Below, in pieces: positions 10,710 through 21,109 of a stretch of DNA of 64,000 nucleotides. The stretch spans positions 3,518-67,517 of the forward strand of contig JBBSOC010000003.1 in the NCBI GenBank assembly GCA_038260095.1. Reading direction: 5' to 3'. The position numbers were made by a program, and so were the translations under genes. This DNA is from Mycobacteriales bacterium. GTDB taxonomy: Bacteria; Actinomycetota; Actinomycetes; Mycobacteriales; QHCE01. Numbering within the stretch: position 1 is the stretch's first letter; every line of letters begins with the position of its first letter. The notes beneath the pieces are model-generated. The model saw nothing but the letters and a program-made list of their open reading frames with translations. It did no database searches and was not told the origin of the DNA.

Positions 10710-11531
10710 TTAATCCGCATAATCGGATGGATCACCCAATGAGCTCACCAATTCCGCAAGCTCGTCGCACACGCCCGGCGCAGCGCAGATCAGCGATGGT
10801 TCTCGTAGCGTGAAAGCTCGCCCGTCCAGCGTTCGGTTACTCACACCTACCGCGCTCGCCATGCAGACACCCGGCGCTAGATCCCAGGGGTGCACCGAGA
10901 ACTGCACGCTTGCTCCGAACTGGCCGCTGGCCACCCAGGCCAGGTCCAGGGCGCATGACCCCAACAAGCGAACCCGAAACGCGCGGTCCAGTAGCTCCCC
11001 CAGCAATGCTCGCCGAAATCGCTTCGGGAAACGGTCGCTGCGTGTTTGCGGATTCCCAACCCCCACGATGACCTCCTCCAGCTTTACTGGCCCCTGCTGC
11101 GGCAGCAGCGTGTCATTGCAGCGCACCGAGCCGCCAGCAACAGCCAGGTAGCGCTGGTTGAGTGCGGGCAACCACGTCGCACCGATCACCGGCACGCCGC
11201 CTACCACTAGCGCGCAGTTCATCCCGCTCAGCGGAGAACGATGCATAAAATTAGCCGTGCCGTCGATGGGATCAATCAGCCAGACCGGATCACCGGCATG
11301 AATATCGACACCGCCGAGCTCCTCGCCAGCTACCCCGAACCCGGTTTGCTCGGCAAGCGCTCCCCCAATAAACCGCTCGAGCTCCAGATCGATAGCGGTC
11401 GCGTAGTCTCCCGGGCCTTTAGTCACTGCGGCCACCGCGCCCATACCATTGCGAAAAGTGGCTTCGGCACTGCGCAACACCGCACCCACGTGCCGAGCAA
11501 GCTCTTCGAGCGCGCTGGTCGGCAACGTCAT
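10710..11531 (-). CDS. Inositol monophosphatase family protein
   Basis: 273 aa containing WLIDPIDGTANF and other IMPase family motifs. Confidence 0.85.
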   Translation of the reverse strand: MTLPTSALEELARHVGAVLRSAEATFRNGMGAVAAVTKGPGDYATAIDLELERFIGGALAEQTGFGVAGEELGGVDIHAGDPVWLIDPIDGTANFMHRSPLSGMNCALVVGGVPVIGATWLPALNQRYLAVAGGSVRCNDTLLPQQGPVKLEEVIVGVGNPQTRSDRFPKRFRRALLGELLDRAFRVRLLGSCALDLAWVASGQFGASVQFSVHPWDLAPGVCMASAVGVSNRTLDGRAFTLREPSLICAAPGVCDELAELVSSLGDPSDYAD

Positions 11532-11541
11532 ACTGAACCCC

Positions 11542-12474
11542 TCAACAGACTGAGCCCATCAACAGACACTCCCCTTTGGCAACGATGGCCGCGGCGCCGG
11601 TGAGCAGCGCGGCCGATTCGGTGAGTTCTACCCGTAGCTGACCGCCCGGCAGCTCAACCAAGACGATTCCGGTAGGCGATCTCTGAGGATATGTCTGGGA
11701 TGCGGTCTCGGCCTGCGCCGTACATAATGCGACGGAGGCCGCCGCGACTGCCCCGCTACCACAGGAGCGAGTCTCACCAGATCCGCGTTCATGGACCCGC
11801 ATTCGCACGGTCCAGGCTGCTTCGCGGACAGAGGCTGATGCAGAGTCGGCAGCGCGCGGCGGCGTGATCAGCTCGATATTGACCCCTTCCGGGAAAATTG
11901 CGGCATCGTGCTGGGGTGGAACACTCAAATCGAACTGGTCCAGGGGCATAGTGACCACACAAACGGCGTGAGGATTACCCACGTTTACGGCGGTGGCAGG
12001 CAGTGCCACTCCGCCGATCCGGACCTCGGTGGCTACACCTAGCTGTGGCATCGAAAGTTCCGTGGTTGCGGACCCAACAGCTACCGTGTCGCTCGATGAA
12101 AGCGGGTGGACCCACACTCGTTTGACACCGTCCCGTGTCGCGATGGTGATCAAGCCAGACTCGGCCAGCCCTTCAGCAACCAGATAGTGTGCAAACACTC
12201 GTGTACCATTGGCGCACATTTGTGCCAGCGAGCCGTCTGAGTTGCGGTAGTCCATGAACCACTCAGCCTCATTCGCGTACTGCACACTATCGGCGTCTTT
12301 GGCCGCGGGCACTACTCGAAGCACGCCGTCGCCACCGATCCCAGCTCGGCGATCACAGACCGCTTGCACCTGCTCAGGACCCAGCTGAAGCGTCGCATCG
12401 AGATCGGGAAAGATGACGAAATCATTCTGAGTTCCGTGTCCTTTAGCGAACGGAACCCACATTGGCTGTGTCAC
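11542..12474 (-). CDS. dapF: Diaminopimelate epimerase
   Basis: 310 aa with FAKGHGTQNDFVIF, NPHAV, and the two catalytic Cys contexts (MCANG, SCGSGA). Confidence 0.9.
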   Translation of the reverse strand: MTQPMWVPFAKGHGTQNDFVIFPDLDATLQLGPEQVQAVCDRRAGIGGDGVLRVVPAAKDADSVQYANEAEWFMDYRNSDGSLAQMCANGTRVFAHYLVAEGLAESGLITIATRDGVKRVWVHPLSSSDTVAVGSATTELSMPQLGVATEVRIGGVALPATAVNVGNPHAVCVVTMPLDQFDLSVPPQHDAAIFPEGVNIELITPPRAADSASASVREAAWTVRMRVHERGSGETRSCGSGAVAAASVALCTAQAETASQTYPQRSPTGIVLVELPGGQLRVELTESAALLTGAAAIVAKGECLLMGSVC

Positions 12475-12479
12475 GATAC

Positions 12480-13454
12480 TCAGTCTACGACGCGCAACTG
12501 GGTCACCGAACCGCCTTGCCCAGGCGCCGCCGTGATGGGTCCGAGAGTAACCAGCTGTGCGGCCGGCTCCAACAATTCCTCGCGCGCACCGTCTAACCAG
12601 TTAATTCGCGTGTCTCGACGGAACCACGAACGCTGTCGGCGAACAAACTGTCTAGTGCGCAGTGCGGTAGCCGCGATCGCTTCAGCTTCGCTGAGCTCAC
12701 CATCGATCAGCTGCAGTACCTGCCGGTATCCCAGCGCGCGACCCGCTGTCGGACCCTCGCGTAACCCCTGCTGGATTAAGCTTTGCACCTCATCTACCAA
12801 GCCCGTGCGCCACATGCGCCTCACACGGGCATCAATTCGTTCATCCAGCACTGCCGACGCTGCATCTACCCCGAGATACACCGTGTCATATACCGGCTCC
12901 GGAGTACGCAACTTCGCCGGAAACGGTTTGCCGGTGAGCTCAATGACTTCCAGCGCTCGAACAATCCGCCGCCCATTGCTGGGAAGGATGACTAGCGCCG
13001 CCGCCGGATCGATCTGTGCCAGGCGCCGGTGGAGCGCATATGGGCCGTTTTCGGCGAGTTCGCGTTCGTAGCTGCGCCGAACCCGCGGATCGGTGCCCGG
13101 AAACTCCATTGCATCCAACGCTGCCCGCACGTACAGCCCGGAACCGCCTACCACAATGGGTGTGACGCCTGCAGCCAGCAGCGCATCTATGGCAGCGCGG
13201 GCCCGTTGCTGGTACTCGGCAACGTTTGCATTCTGCGTCACCGGCCAGATGTCAAGCAGGTGATGTACTACTCCAGCACGTTCACGCATTGACAGCTTAG
13301 CGGTGCCAATGTCCATGCCACGGTATAGCTGCATTGCATCGGCGTTGATCACCTCACCGCCCACTCGCTGGGCTAGCTGCACAGCAAGCGCGGACTTCCC
13401 CGCCGCTGTGGGCCCGACCAGCGCCACTACCCATGGCCCAGAAGGCGTCCGCAC
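12480..13454 (-). CDS. miaA: tRNA dimethylallyltransferase
   Basis: VALVGPTAAGKSALAVQLA P-loop and INADAMQLYRGMDIGTAK. The track ORF extends to 13655 and overlaps ctaB. The GTG at 13454, just after the ctaB stop, is the plausible start. Confidence 0.9.
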   Translation of the reverse strand: MRTPSGPWVVALVGPTAAGKSALAVQLAQRVGGEVINADAMQLYRGMDIGTAKLSMRERAGVVHHLLDIWPVTQNANVAEYQQRARAAIDALLAAGVTPIVVGGSGLYVRAALDAMEFPGTDPRVRRSYERELAENGPYALHRRLAQIDPAAALVILPSNGRRIVRALEVIELTGKPFPAKLRTPEPVYDTVYLGVDAASAVLDERIDARVRRMWRTGLVDEVQSLIQQGLREGPTAGRALGYRQVLQLIDGELSEAEAIAATALRTRQFVRRQRSWFRRDTRINWLDGAREELLEPAAQLVTLGPITAAPGQGGSVTQLRVVD

Positions 13455-13459
13455 GCGCG

Positions 13460-14425
13460 CTAAACCAACACGTCTATGGCAATAGCCGCAAACAATAACG
13501 TGAGATAGGTAATGGAAGCATGAAACAGCAGCATCGGACGCGGAGCAAGCTCCTGTCGGCGGATTGAGGCATGTAAACGGTAGGCACAAAACACGAACCA
13601 GCCGCCCAGCACGGTCGCGCTTACACCGTAAATCCAGCTCATCGCCAGCGGCCACAACACTAATGAACAGGCCACCATAGCCAGCGAATGCGCCATAATC
13701 TGTCGTGTGACCACCTGTGGCGCGGCCACCACCGGCAGCATGGGAACTCCAGCGCGGGCGTAATCATCGGCGTAACGCATGGCCAGCGGCCAGTAGTGCG
13801 GCGGCGTCCAGAAAAAGATCACACCAAATAGCGCCAACGCCGGCCAATCAAGGCTGCCGGTCACCGCCGACCAGCCAATCAACACAGGCATACACCCAGC
13901 CGCCCCACCCCACACAATGTTCTGCCGAGTGCGGCGTTTGAGCAGCATGGTGTACACCACGACGTAAAACACGATCGCGGTCAGCGCCAACCCGGCGGCG
14001 AGTAGGTTCGCCGCTACGGCAAGCAGCACCACGGAAAACACGCCCAGGCTTAGGCCAAAAAATGTCGCGGCTCGCGGCGTGACTGTGTGGCGCGGCAGCG
14101 GCCTACGTGCAGTGCGGTGCATAAGCTGATCGATATCACGGTCAACTACGCAGTTAAGAGCGTTAGCGCTACCCGCTGCTAGCGCTCCACCTAGCAACGT
14201 GGTCAGCACCAAATCTAGCGAAGGAATACCGCGGGCAGCCAGAAACATGGTGGGTAGTGTGCTGACCAAGAGCAGCTCAATGATGCGCGGCTTGGTCAGT
14301 GCCAGATAGCCGACCAGTGCGGTTTTAATGCGATGGCGACGCAGCTGCAAGCTGGGGGACGGGCCTACGCAGGCCTCAGATACGGCAGGCTGAGAGGCAG
14401 TCGCAGCATCGAGCAATGTCGTCAC
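13460..14425 (-). CDS. ctaB: Protoheme IX farnesyltransferase (heme O synthase)
   Basis: 321 aa polytopic UbiA-family protein with [20 protein letters not shown]. Confidence 0.9.
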   Translation of the reverse strand: MTTLLDAATASQPAVSEACVGPSPSLQLRRHRIKTALVGYLALTKPRIIELLLVSTLPTMFLAARGIPSLDLVLTTLLGGALAAGSANALNCVVDRDIDQLMHRTARRPLPRHTVTPRAATFFGLSLGVFSVVLLAVAANLLAAGLALTAIVFYVVVYTMLLKRRTRQNIVWGGAAGCMPVLIGWSAVTGSLDWPALALFGVIFFWTPPHYWPLAMRYADDYARAGVPMLPVVAAPQVVTRQIMAHSLAMVACSLVLWPLAMSWIYGVSATVLGGWFVFCAYRLHASIRRQELAPRPMLLFHASITYLTLLFAAIAIDVLV

Positions 14426-14589
14426 GGACTAGGGGACCTCTCCAAGCAACTTCCAGCCGGCACGACCCGGCGCCTAGCCATGGTAACCAAGCACCTGGAA
14501 CAGGTTAGGAGCGGCGTCAGATCCGGCTACGAGAAGATGGGCTTGGGGTGTCGAGCTGCCTATTCAGCACTTGGGCATAAAGTGACCGC

Positions 14590-14871
14590 GTGTCTACCGT
14601 GTGGATAGGGTATATCGAAGTGCCGCCGAGCGTAGAGGTAAAGATTCGCGAACGGCGAGGAGTGACCGGCGATCAGGTCCGAGCAGCTTGTCAATGGCCG
14701 GCTACAGCGCTACGCGCCGTGTGGCATAACCATCCCGATCATGGTCGACGACTCATCGTGCTTGCGCGAGACGAACAGCATCGCTTATTGAAGGTTGCCC
14801 TTCAACCGATTGACATCGTCGACGGCACATGGCGGCTTCGCACTGTCATCATCAGCCGACAGGAGGCATGA
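14590..14871 (+). CDS. Hypothetical 93-aa protein, first gene of an overlapping pair
   Basis: The ORF stop overlaps the next start (ATGA at 14868-14871). The pattern KIRERRGVTGDQVRAA...HPDHGRRLIVLARDEQHRLLKVAL is loosely reminiscent of small toxin families. No secure family call. Confidence 0.5.
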   Translation: MSTVWIGYIEVPPSVEVKIRERRGVTGDQVRAACQWPATALRAVWHNHPDHGRRLIVLARDEQHRLLKVALQPIDIVDGTWRLRTVIISRQEA

Positions 14872-15176
14872 TGGACACCATGAAAGAGAATGAACTAGGC
14901 GAGATTGATATGACCGAGATTGAAATCGACGCCATGATCGCTGAAGGCGAACCCGCCAAAGTCACCGGTCCGTTCGATCCGGTTCGTCGTGTCCAATTCG
15001 AGCTCATTGGAAGCGGCCTGCACACATACCGTTGGCGGCTGATCGCGGCGAACGGCGAGGTCTTAGCAACCAGCGCCAATTCCTACCGCAGTCAGAATGA
15101 CGCTCACCAAGCAGTTTCCGCGCTAACCGCGGCTCTACAACAGGCTCCTATCGTCAGCAGCGCTGACACAGCTTAA
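14868..15176 (+). CDS. DUF1508 (YegP-like) domain protein with acidic N-terminus
   Basis: YRWRLIAANGEVLATSANSYRSQNDAHQAVSAL matches the DUF1508 pattern as I recall it. I chose the start at the ATGA overlap. Confidence 0.6.
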   Translation: MMDTMKENELGEIDMTEIEIDAMIAEGEPAKVTGPFDPVRRVQFELIGSGLHTYRWRLIAANGEVLATSANSYRSQNDAHQAVSALTAALQQAPIVSSADTA

Positions 15177-15179
15177 CGC

Positions 15180-15563
15180 TCAGCACGCTACAACCACAGC
15201 TTGGATACCTGCCGTCGCTACGAGGCGACCGATGTCATCGGGGTCACTGGTAATAATGCGATCTCCTGGTTGAGCAGCTAGGACTAGAGTGGCATCAATC
15301 GGGTCACTGGTACCCGCTTTGCCGATCAGAATTCCCGCTTGGCGGCCCTGTTGTTCGTCCACTGCCTGCACATCTACTCCCCGCAGCAGCCGAGCCAACG
15401 TGGCTTGACGGCCGCCGTCAGATCGCCAAACCTGAGCCACTACAACAGCATTGCTCCGTAACCCAATACCGTGCTGCTGCGCTGCGCGGAGTTTGGCCAG
15501 CATTGTCCGGTCATTACGGTCGACAGCTATAAAAGCCCCCGCATCCAAAACGAGAGCACTCAC
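15180..15563 (-). CDS. PIN-domain toxin
   Basis: 127 aa reading LVLDAGAFIAVDRND ... ITSDPDDI. Overlaps the upstream antitoxin ORF by 4 nt. Confidence 0.8.
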   Translation of the reverse strand: MSALVLDAGAFIAVDRNDRTMLAKLRAAQQHGIGLRSNAVVVAQVWRSDGGRQATLARLLRGVDVQAVDEQQGRQAGILIGKAGTSDPIDATLVLAAQPGDRIITSDPDDIGRLVATAGIQAVVVAC

Positions 15564-15814
15564 GCTGCCCCAACCTGATGCGCTACTACGTGTAGGCCTA
15601 GTTCGGATTCAGCTCGTGCAAGTTCGGCCGCGGTGAGCTGGCCATGAATATGTTCCCAATCATCCAAAAATTCACTCAATGCCTCGGTGCGGAGCTTTGC
15701 CGCGGCGGCCTGTGCTAACCACGTGGAAAGCCCGATGCCAGATTTGCGGGCGGCGCTTCGCACAGCTTCCCCTAGATCATCTACCAACGAGATACTCATC
15801 TTGTCCACCTTCAT
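15560..15814 (-). CDS. Ribbon-helix-helix-type antitoxin
   Basis: 84 aa starting MSISLVDDLGEAVRSAARKSGIGLSTWLAQAA (CopG/RHH-like), sitting upstream of the PIN gene. Confidence 0.65.
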   Translation of the reverse strand: MKVDKMSISLVDDLGEAVRSAARKSGIGLSTWLAQAAAAKLRTEALSEFLDDWEHIHGQLTAAELARAESELGLHVVAHQVGAA

Positions 15815-15977
15815 TCTACAATCCTACTACAGTAGGTGCATACCGCGGTAGGATCGTACAGTTTCTCTTTCACTACTCTTCCTAAATCACAGGAGCATGA
15901 AAGTGTCACGATGTGGGTAAGCCGATAGAATCAAAGCGGCAACATAGCCAGCCCAAGGCCAGCCAGATGGGGAACCC

Positions 15978-18146
15978 GTGAACAGCCCTGCTAAGAGCCA
16001 AAGATCTACGCACAACACCAATCCAAAGACTGAGCCGCAACTTGACTGGTCGGCTACCGACGAGCGTGCAGTGAACTGGATTCGCGTGCTCGCCATGGAC
16101 GCGGTGGAAAGAGCCGGTAGCGGACATCCTGGTACAGCGATGAGCTTGGCGCCTGCCGCCTACCTATTGTTCCAGCGTTTCTTGCGGCACGACCCTGCCG
16201 ACCCGAACTGGGTGGGACGCGACCGGTTCGTACTCTCGTGTGGCCACAGCAGCCTTACGCTCTACATCCAGCTCTACCTGTCTGGTTACGGGTTGACTAT
16301 GGAAGATCTGGGGCAGCTGCGGCAATGGGGTAGCCAAACCCCTGGACACCCCGAGTACCGGCACACTCCAGGAGTTGAGGTCACCACCGGTCCGCTCGGT
16401 CAAGGTGTTGGCAACGCCGTCGGGATGGCTATGGCAGCACGTCGCGAGCGAGGCCTATTCGATCCCGACGCCGTGGCCGGCAGTAGTCCTTTCGACCATA
16501 TGATCTGGGGCTTTGCCTCCGATGGTGACATGCAAGAAGGTGTGGCCAGCGAAGCGTCCTCCCTTGCCGGAAACCAGCAGTTGGGCAACCTCTGCCTACT
16601 GTGGGACGACAACCAGATCTCCATCGAAGACGACACGCGCATTGCCTTCACCGAAGACGTTGCCGCACGTTACGCCGCGTATGACTGGCACGTGCAAGAG
16701 GTCGACTGGCGGCAGGGCGAGCACTATCACGAAGACGTTGCCGCGCTGGCCGCCGCGTTCGAAGCGGCACGTGCCGAAACGGATCGACCGTCCTTCATTA
16801 AACTGCGTACCATAATCGGTTGGCCAGCACCTACTAAGCAGAACACTGGAAAGGCCCACGGCACGGCACTTGGCAGTGACGAAGTGGCGGCAACTAAGCA
16901 GTTACTGGGCTTCGACCCGCAGCGAAGCTTCCCCGTCGAGAGCGACGCGCTCGAGCATGCCCGTGCCGTAGCACGACGAGGCTCAGCCGCCCACCAACAC
17001 TGGAACTCCCAGTTCGAAGACTGGAAACACCACAACTCCGAACGCTACGAGCTGTGGCAGCGCCTGGCCGCTGGGCAGCTACCCTCCGACTGGAAGCAGC
17101 AGCTACCAGAGTTTGATCCTGCAAAGACCAACTCCATGGCTACCCGAACAGCGTCGGGCAAGGTTCTGGCGGCACTAGCCGATGCGCTACCCGAGCTGTG
17201 GGGTGGCTCAGCTGACCTCGCCGGCTCTAACGACACCAGCATGGCCGGTGAGCCGTCGTTCATCCCGGCGCAGCACCAAACGAAGGAATTTGCCGGCGGC
17301 CCCTACGGCCGCACACTGCACTTCGGGGTGCGGGAACATGCGATGGGCGCCATCATGAACGGCATGGTGCTGCATGGCCCTACCCGCCCCTACGGCGGAA
17401 CGTTCCTCGTCTTCTCCGACTACATGCGCCCATCAGTGCGACTTGCCGCATTGATGGGCATCCCCGTGACCTACGTCTGGACCCATGACTCGATCGGGCT
17501 CGGCGAAGACGGACCTACGCATCAACCGGTGGAGCAGCTCACCGCGCTGCGCGCAATCCCTGGGCTCGACGTGGTCCGCCCTGGCGACGCCAACGAAACT
17601 ACAGTGGCCTGGCAGGCGGCCATCGAGCGTACCGACGGGCCGACAGCGCTCTGTCTCACCCGGCAAAAGCTACCCGTGCTCGACCGCACGCAGTATGCAC
17701 CAGCTAGCGGGGCGCTCCGCGGTGGATACATTCTGGCCGAAGCCAGCACGGCCGACTCGCTACCCACCGTCATTCTGCTCGCCAGTGGAAGCGAGGTGAG
17801 CCTTGTGCTTGCTGCCCGTGATCGACTGGAGGCAGACGGCACACCGACTCGCGTGGTCTCCATGCCCTGTATGGAATGGTTCAGCGCCCAAGACACCGCG
17901 TACCGGGAGCACGTGCTGCCTCGAGCGGTGCACGCACGGGTAGCGGTTGAAGCCGGGATTGCCGCACCGTGGCGCCAGTTTGTCGGTGATGATGGTGAGG
18001 TCGTGAGCTTGGAACATTTCGGCGCCAGCGCGCCTTATGAAGTGTTGTACGAGCAGTTTGGCTTCACACCGGATGCGGTGGTGGCTGCGGCGCACGCAAG
18101 TCTGAGCCGCAACGCGGTGATCACTGGATCCACTACCGGAAACTAA
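15978..18146 (+). CDS. tkt: Transketolase
   Basis: 722 aa with GSGHPGTAMSLAP, GDGDMQEGV and the HDSIGLGEDGPTHQP motifs. Confidence 0.95.
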   Translation: MNSPAKSQRSTHNTNPKTEPQLDWSATDERAVNWIRVLAMDAVERAGSGHPGTAMSLAPAAYLLFQRFLRHDPADPNWVGRDRFVLSCGHSSLTLYIQLYLSGYGLTMEDLGQLRQWGSQTPGHPEYRHTPGVEVTTGPLGQGVGNAVGMAMAARRERGLFDPDAVAGSSPFDHMIWGFASDGDMQEGVASEASSLAGNQQLGNLCLLWDDNQISIEDDTRIAFTEDVAARYAAYDWHVQEVDWRQGEHYHEDVAALAAAFEAARAETDRPSFIKLRTIIGWPAPTKQNTGKAHGTALGSDEVAATKQLLGFDPQRSFPVESDALEHARAVARRGSAAHQHWNSQFEDWKHHNSERYELWQRLAAGQLPSDWKQQLPEFDPAKTNSMATRTASGKVLAALADALPELWGGSADLAGSNDTSMAGEPSFIPAQHQTKEFAGGPYGRTLHFGVREHAMGAIMNGMVLHGPTRPYGGTFLVFSDYMRPSVRLAALMGIPVTYVWTHDSIGLGEDGPTHQPVEQLTALRAIPGLDVVRPGDANETTVAWQAAIERTDGPTALCLTRQKLPVLDRTQYAPASGALRGGYILAEASTADSLPTVILLASGSEVSLVLAARDRLEADGTPTRVVSMPCMEWFSAQDTAYREHVLPRAVHARVAVEAGIAAPWRQFVGDDGEVVSLEHFGASAPYEVLYEQFGFTPDAVVAAAHASLSRNAVITGSTTGN

Positions 18147-18197
18147 AAAGACATTGCGACTACTGCTCAACAGCGTCTATTCGAAGAGGTGCAGCTC

Positions 18198-19382
18198 ATG
18201 ACGGACCCACTTGCCCGACTCTCCGCCGCCGGTGTAGCGATATGGCTGGATGACCTATCCCGCGAACGGCTGGACTCCGACGACACCCCAAAAAGCATCG
18301 CCACACTGAGCCGGACCCGGCATGTTGTGGGAATCACCAGTAACCCGACGATCTTCGCCGCGGCACTAGCGCCTGACTCGCCAGGAGCACATTCCTACAC
18401 CGACACCCTGACGCAACTGCGCCGTAGCGGTGCTAGCGTCGAGGAAGCTGTTCGTGAACTTACAACCTCGGACGTCCGACTGGCGTGTGACAAGTTACGG
18501 CGCATTTACGACCAGACCGAGCGACTGGACGGGCGAGTTTCCATTGAGGTCGATCCGCGGCTAGCCCACGACACTGACGCCACGGTGGCAGAAGCGGCCA
18601 CGCTCTGGAAGACAGTGGACCGTCCAAATCTATTCATCAAGATTCCTGCAACTTCCGCTGGGCTGCCAGCGATCACGCGCACGCTAGCCGCCGGCATCAG
18701 CGTGAATGTGACGCTGATCTTCAGTTTGCGGCGCTACGACGAGGTGATGGATGCGTTCCTAGACGGCATCGAGCAGGCACGCGACCACGGTCACGATGTG
18801 AGCAGCCTCGCTTCGGTAGCATCGTTCTTCGTCTCTCGGGTCGATACCGAAGTCGACCGACGCCTTGATGCGCTGGTAGATGCCGCCGAACACCCACGAA
18901 ACATGAGCGAGAACTTGATCGCTGGAGAGATGAACACCTCGGCCGCACAACAACTTCGTGGGACGGCGGCCATCGCTAATGCGCGACTGGCCTACCAGCG
19001 CTACCAGCATGTGTTCACCAGTTCGCGCTGGCTAGAGCTTGCCGCGGCGGGTGCCCGGCCGCAACGTCCGCTGTGGGCATCCACGGGGGTGAAGGATCCG
19101 GCGTACAGCGACACCCGCTACATCACCGAGCTGGTGGCTCCGGGCACAGTCAATACCATGCCCGAAGCCACGTTGCTGGCATTCGCCGATCACGGCGAAC
19201 TGCGCGACGACGTCGTTACCAGCGGTTACACCGAGGCTGCCGAGACCCTTGCGGAGCTGGCTACGCTAGGCATTGACTATGACGACGTCGTGACGACGCT
19301 GGAACGTGAAGGTGTGGATAAGTTCGCTGCTTCATGGCAGCAGCTATCAGAGTCAGTCGCACAGCAGCTGGGAGAGCAATGA
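18198..19382 (+). CDS. tal: Transaldolase (long actinobacterial type)
   Basis: [22 protein letters not shown] and NLFIKIPAT. The ATG at 18198 follows GAAGAGG. Confidence 0.93.
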   Translation: MTDPLARLSAAGVAIWLDDLSRERLDSDDTPKSIATLSRTRHVVGITSNPTIFAAALAPDSPGAHSYTDTLTQLRRSGASVEEAVRELTTSDVRLACDKLRRIYDQTERLDGRVSIEVDPRLAHDTDATVAEAATLWKTVDRPNLFIKIPATSAGLPAITRTLAAGISVNVTLIFSLRRYDEVMDAFLDGIEQARDHGHDVSSLASVASFFVSRVDTEVDRRLDALVDAAEHPRNMSENLIAGEMNTSAAQQLRGTAAIANARLAYQRYQHVFTSSRWLELAAAGARPQRPLWASTGVKDPAYSDTRYITELVAPGTVNTMPEATLLAFADHGELRDDVVTSGYTEAAETLAELATLGIDYDDVVTTLEREGVDKFAASWQQLSESVAQQLGEQ

Positions 19383-21109
19383 GCAGCACCGTCAGACATG
19401 CCACATCTGCACGTGGAGCCCGAATCGAGTCCGATCAGTACAGCGGCCCCACAACTCTTGACGACAATTTCATGTTTGGCGGTGGGATCGCGGTAAGTGG
19501 TACCCGCGCAATAGCCAACCTTAATGAACGCATCGCCGAGTTGCTCATAAAAGACGTGCCGCACCGCCTCGCCGAGGGCGACCCAAACTTGTGGGGTGCG
19601 GCAGCGGCGGATGAGGCGCGCGATCGGCTGGGTTGGTTGACACTGCCGGCCACTTCGCGTCATCTCATCAGCGATCTTGCTTCCGTGCGTGAAGAACTGC
19701 GTGCAGAAGGGCTCGATCACGTGGTGTTGGCAGGGATGGGCGGCTCATCACTCGCTCCAGAGGTTATGGCGCGCACGCTGGGTGTCGACCTCACCGTGCT
19801 CGACACCACCGATCCCGCCCAGGTTCGCTCGGCGCTGAGTCAGCGGCTCGAGCACACCGTAGTCGTGGTATCGAGCAAGTCAGGTGGCACGGTAGAGACT
19901 GATAGCCACCGCCGGGCTTATTGGCAGGCGCTGCGAGATACGGGACTCTCCGACGATGAGGTGGCACGACGGTTCATCGTCGTTACCGATCCTGGCTCAC
20001 CACTGGATTTGATCGGAAAACAGCTCGGCGTCCGGGAAATCTTTTTGGCTGATCCACGTGTGGGCGGCCGCTACAGCGCGTTGTCGGCGTTCGGTCTGGT
20101 GCCGGCCGCGTTAGCTGGTGCCAGCGTGACCGAGCTGCTGGAAGACGCGGCGCGGCTGGGCACCACGTTGGGCTCAGACGGCCCAGCGCTGCGACTCGGT
20201 GTAGCGCTGGCGGTCGCGGCCCAAGCGGGCCGAGACAAGCTCGTCATCGCCGAGGACGGCACCGGAATGGTTGGTCTTGGTGACTGGGTGGAACAACTGA
20301 TCGCTGAATCCACTGGTAAAGACGGTAAGGGGATTCTTCCGGTCGTGGTAGAGCGACCCGATCACGTTGCGGATCCAGGAGAACGCGGTAGCGATGTGCT
20401 ACTGACCACAGTTGGTGGCGGGCTAAAACTTGGGCATACAGGTGTGATTCCGGGTGCGGCGATACAGCCAGACCTCACTGTAAACGGTCCGCTAGGCGCA
20501 CAGTTCCTCACCTGGGAATATGCCACGGCTATAGCCAGCATATTACTGGGCGTCAACCCGTTCGATCAGCCCAATGTGACAGAGTCCAAGCGCAATACCG
20601 CGACGATCCTCGAATCGGGAAAGCTCCCCGCCGATGAGCCATTCCTGCGCACTGAGCACCTAGAGCTCTACGGCGACTCGACACTGTTCAACGACGTCCG
20701 CAGCGTTAGTGGCGCCGTGGCGTCTTTGATCGGCGCGGTCCCCGAGCGTGGCTACCTAGCGCTCATGGCGTATCTGGATCGGTTCGGCAACTCCGCCGCG
20801 GCACAGCTGCGCGCTCTGGTGGCCCGGCGCACACAGCACGTGGTCACGTTCGGGTGGGGGCCTCGGTTTCTGCACTCCACTGGGCAGTACCACAAGGGTG
20901 GGCCGGCCACTGGCGGCTTTCTACAGATCACCGGCGCGGTAACGCAAGACCTATCCGTGCCTGACAAGCCCTACAGCTTTGGAGAGCTGCAAGCGGCACA
21001 GGCCGCGGGTGATCGCGTCGCGCTAAGTAGTCGGAACCTCCCGCTGCTTCGGGTGCACCTCACCGACCGCGCCAGCGGCCTTGATGAGCTTATGGAGGCG
21101 CTGCGGTGA
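19379..21109 (+). CDS. pgi: Glucose-6-phosphate isomerase
   Basis: [27 protein letters not shown] and [15 protein letters not shown]. The start overlaps the tal stop (ATGA). Confidence 0.85.
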   Translation: MSSTVRHATSARGARIESDQYSGPTTLDDNFMFGGGIAVSGTRAIANLNERIAELLIKDVPHRLAEGDPNLWGAAAADEARDRLGWLTLPATSRHLISDLASVREELRAEGLDHVVLAGMGGSSLAPEVMARTLGVDLTVLDTTDPAQVRSALSQRLEHTVVVVSSKSGGTVETDSHRRAYWQALRDTGLSDDEVARRFIVVTDPGSPLDLIGKQLGVREIFLADPRVGGRYSALSAFGLVPAALAGASVTELLEDAARLGTTLGSDGPALRLGVALAVAAQAGRDKLVIAEDGTGMVGLGDWVEQLIAESTGKDGKGILPVVVERPDHVADPGERGSDVLLTTVGGGLKLGHTGVIPGAAIQPDLTVNGPLGAQFLTWEYATAIASILLGVNPFDQPNVTESKRNTATILESGKLPADEPFLRTEHLELYGDSTLFNDVRSVSGAVASLIGAVPERGYLALMAYLDRFGNSAAAQLRALVARRTQHVVTFGWGPRFLHSTGQYHKGGPATGGFLQITGAVTQDLSVPDKPYSFGELQAAQAAGDRVALSSRNLPLLRVHLTDRASGLDELMEALR

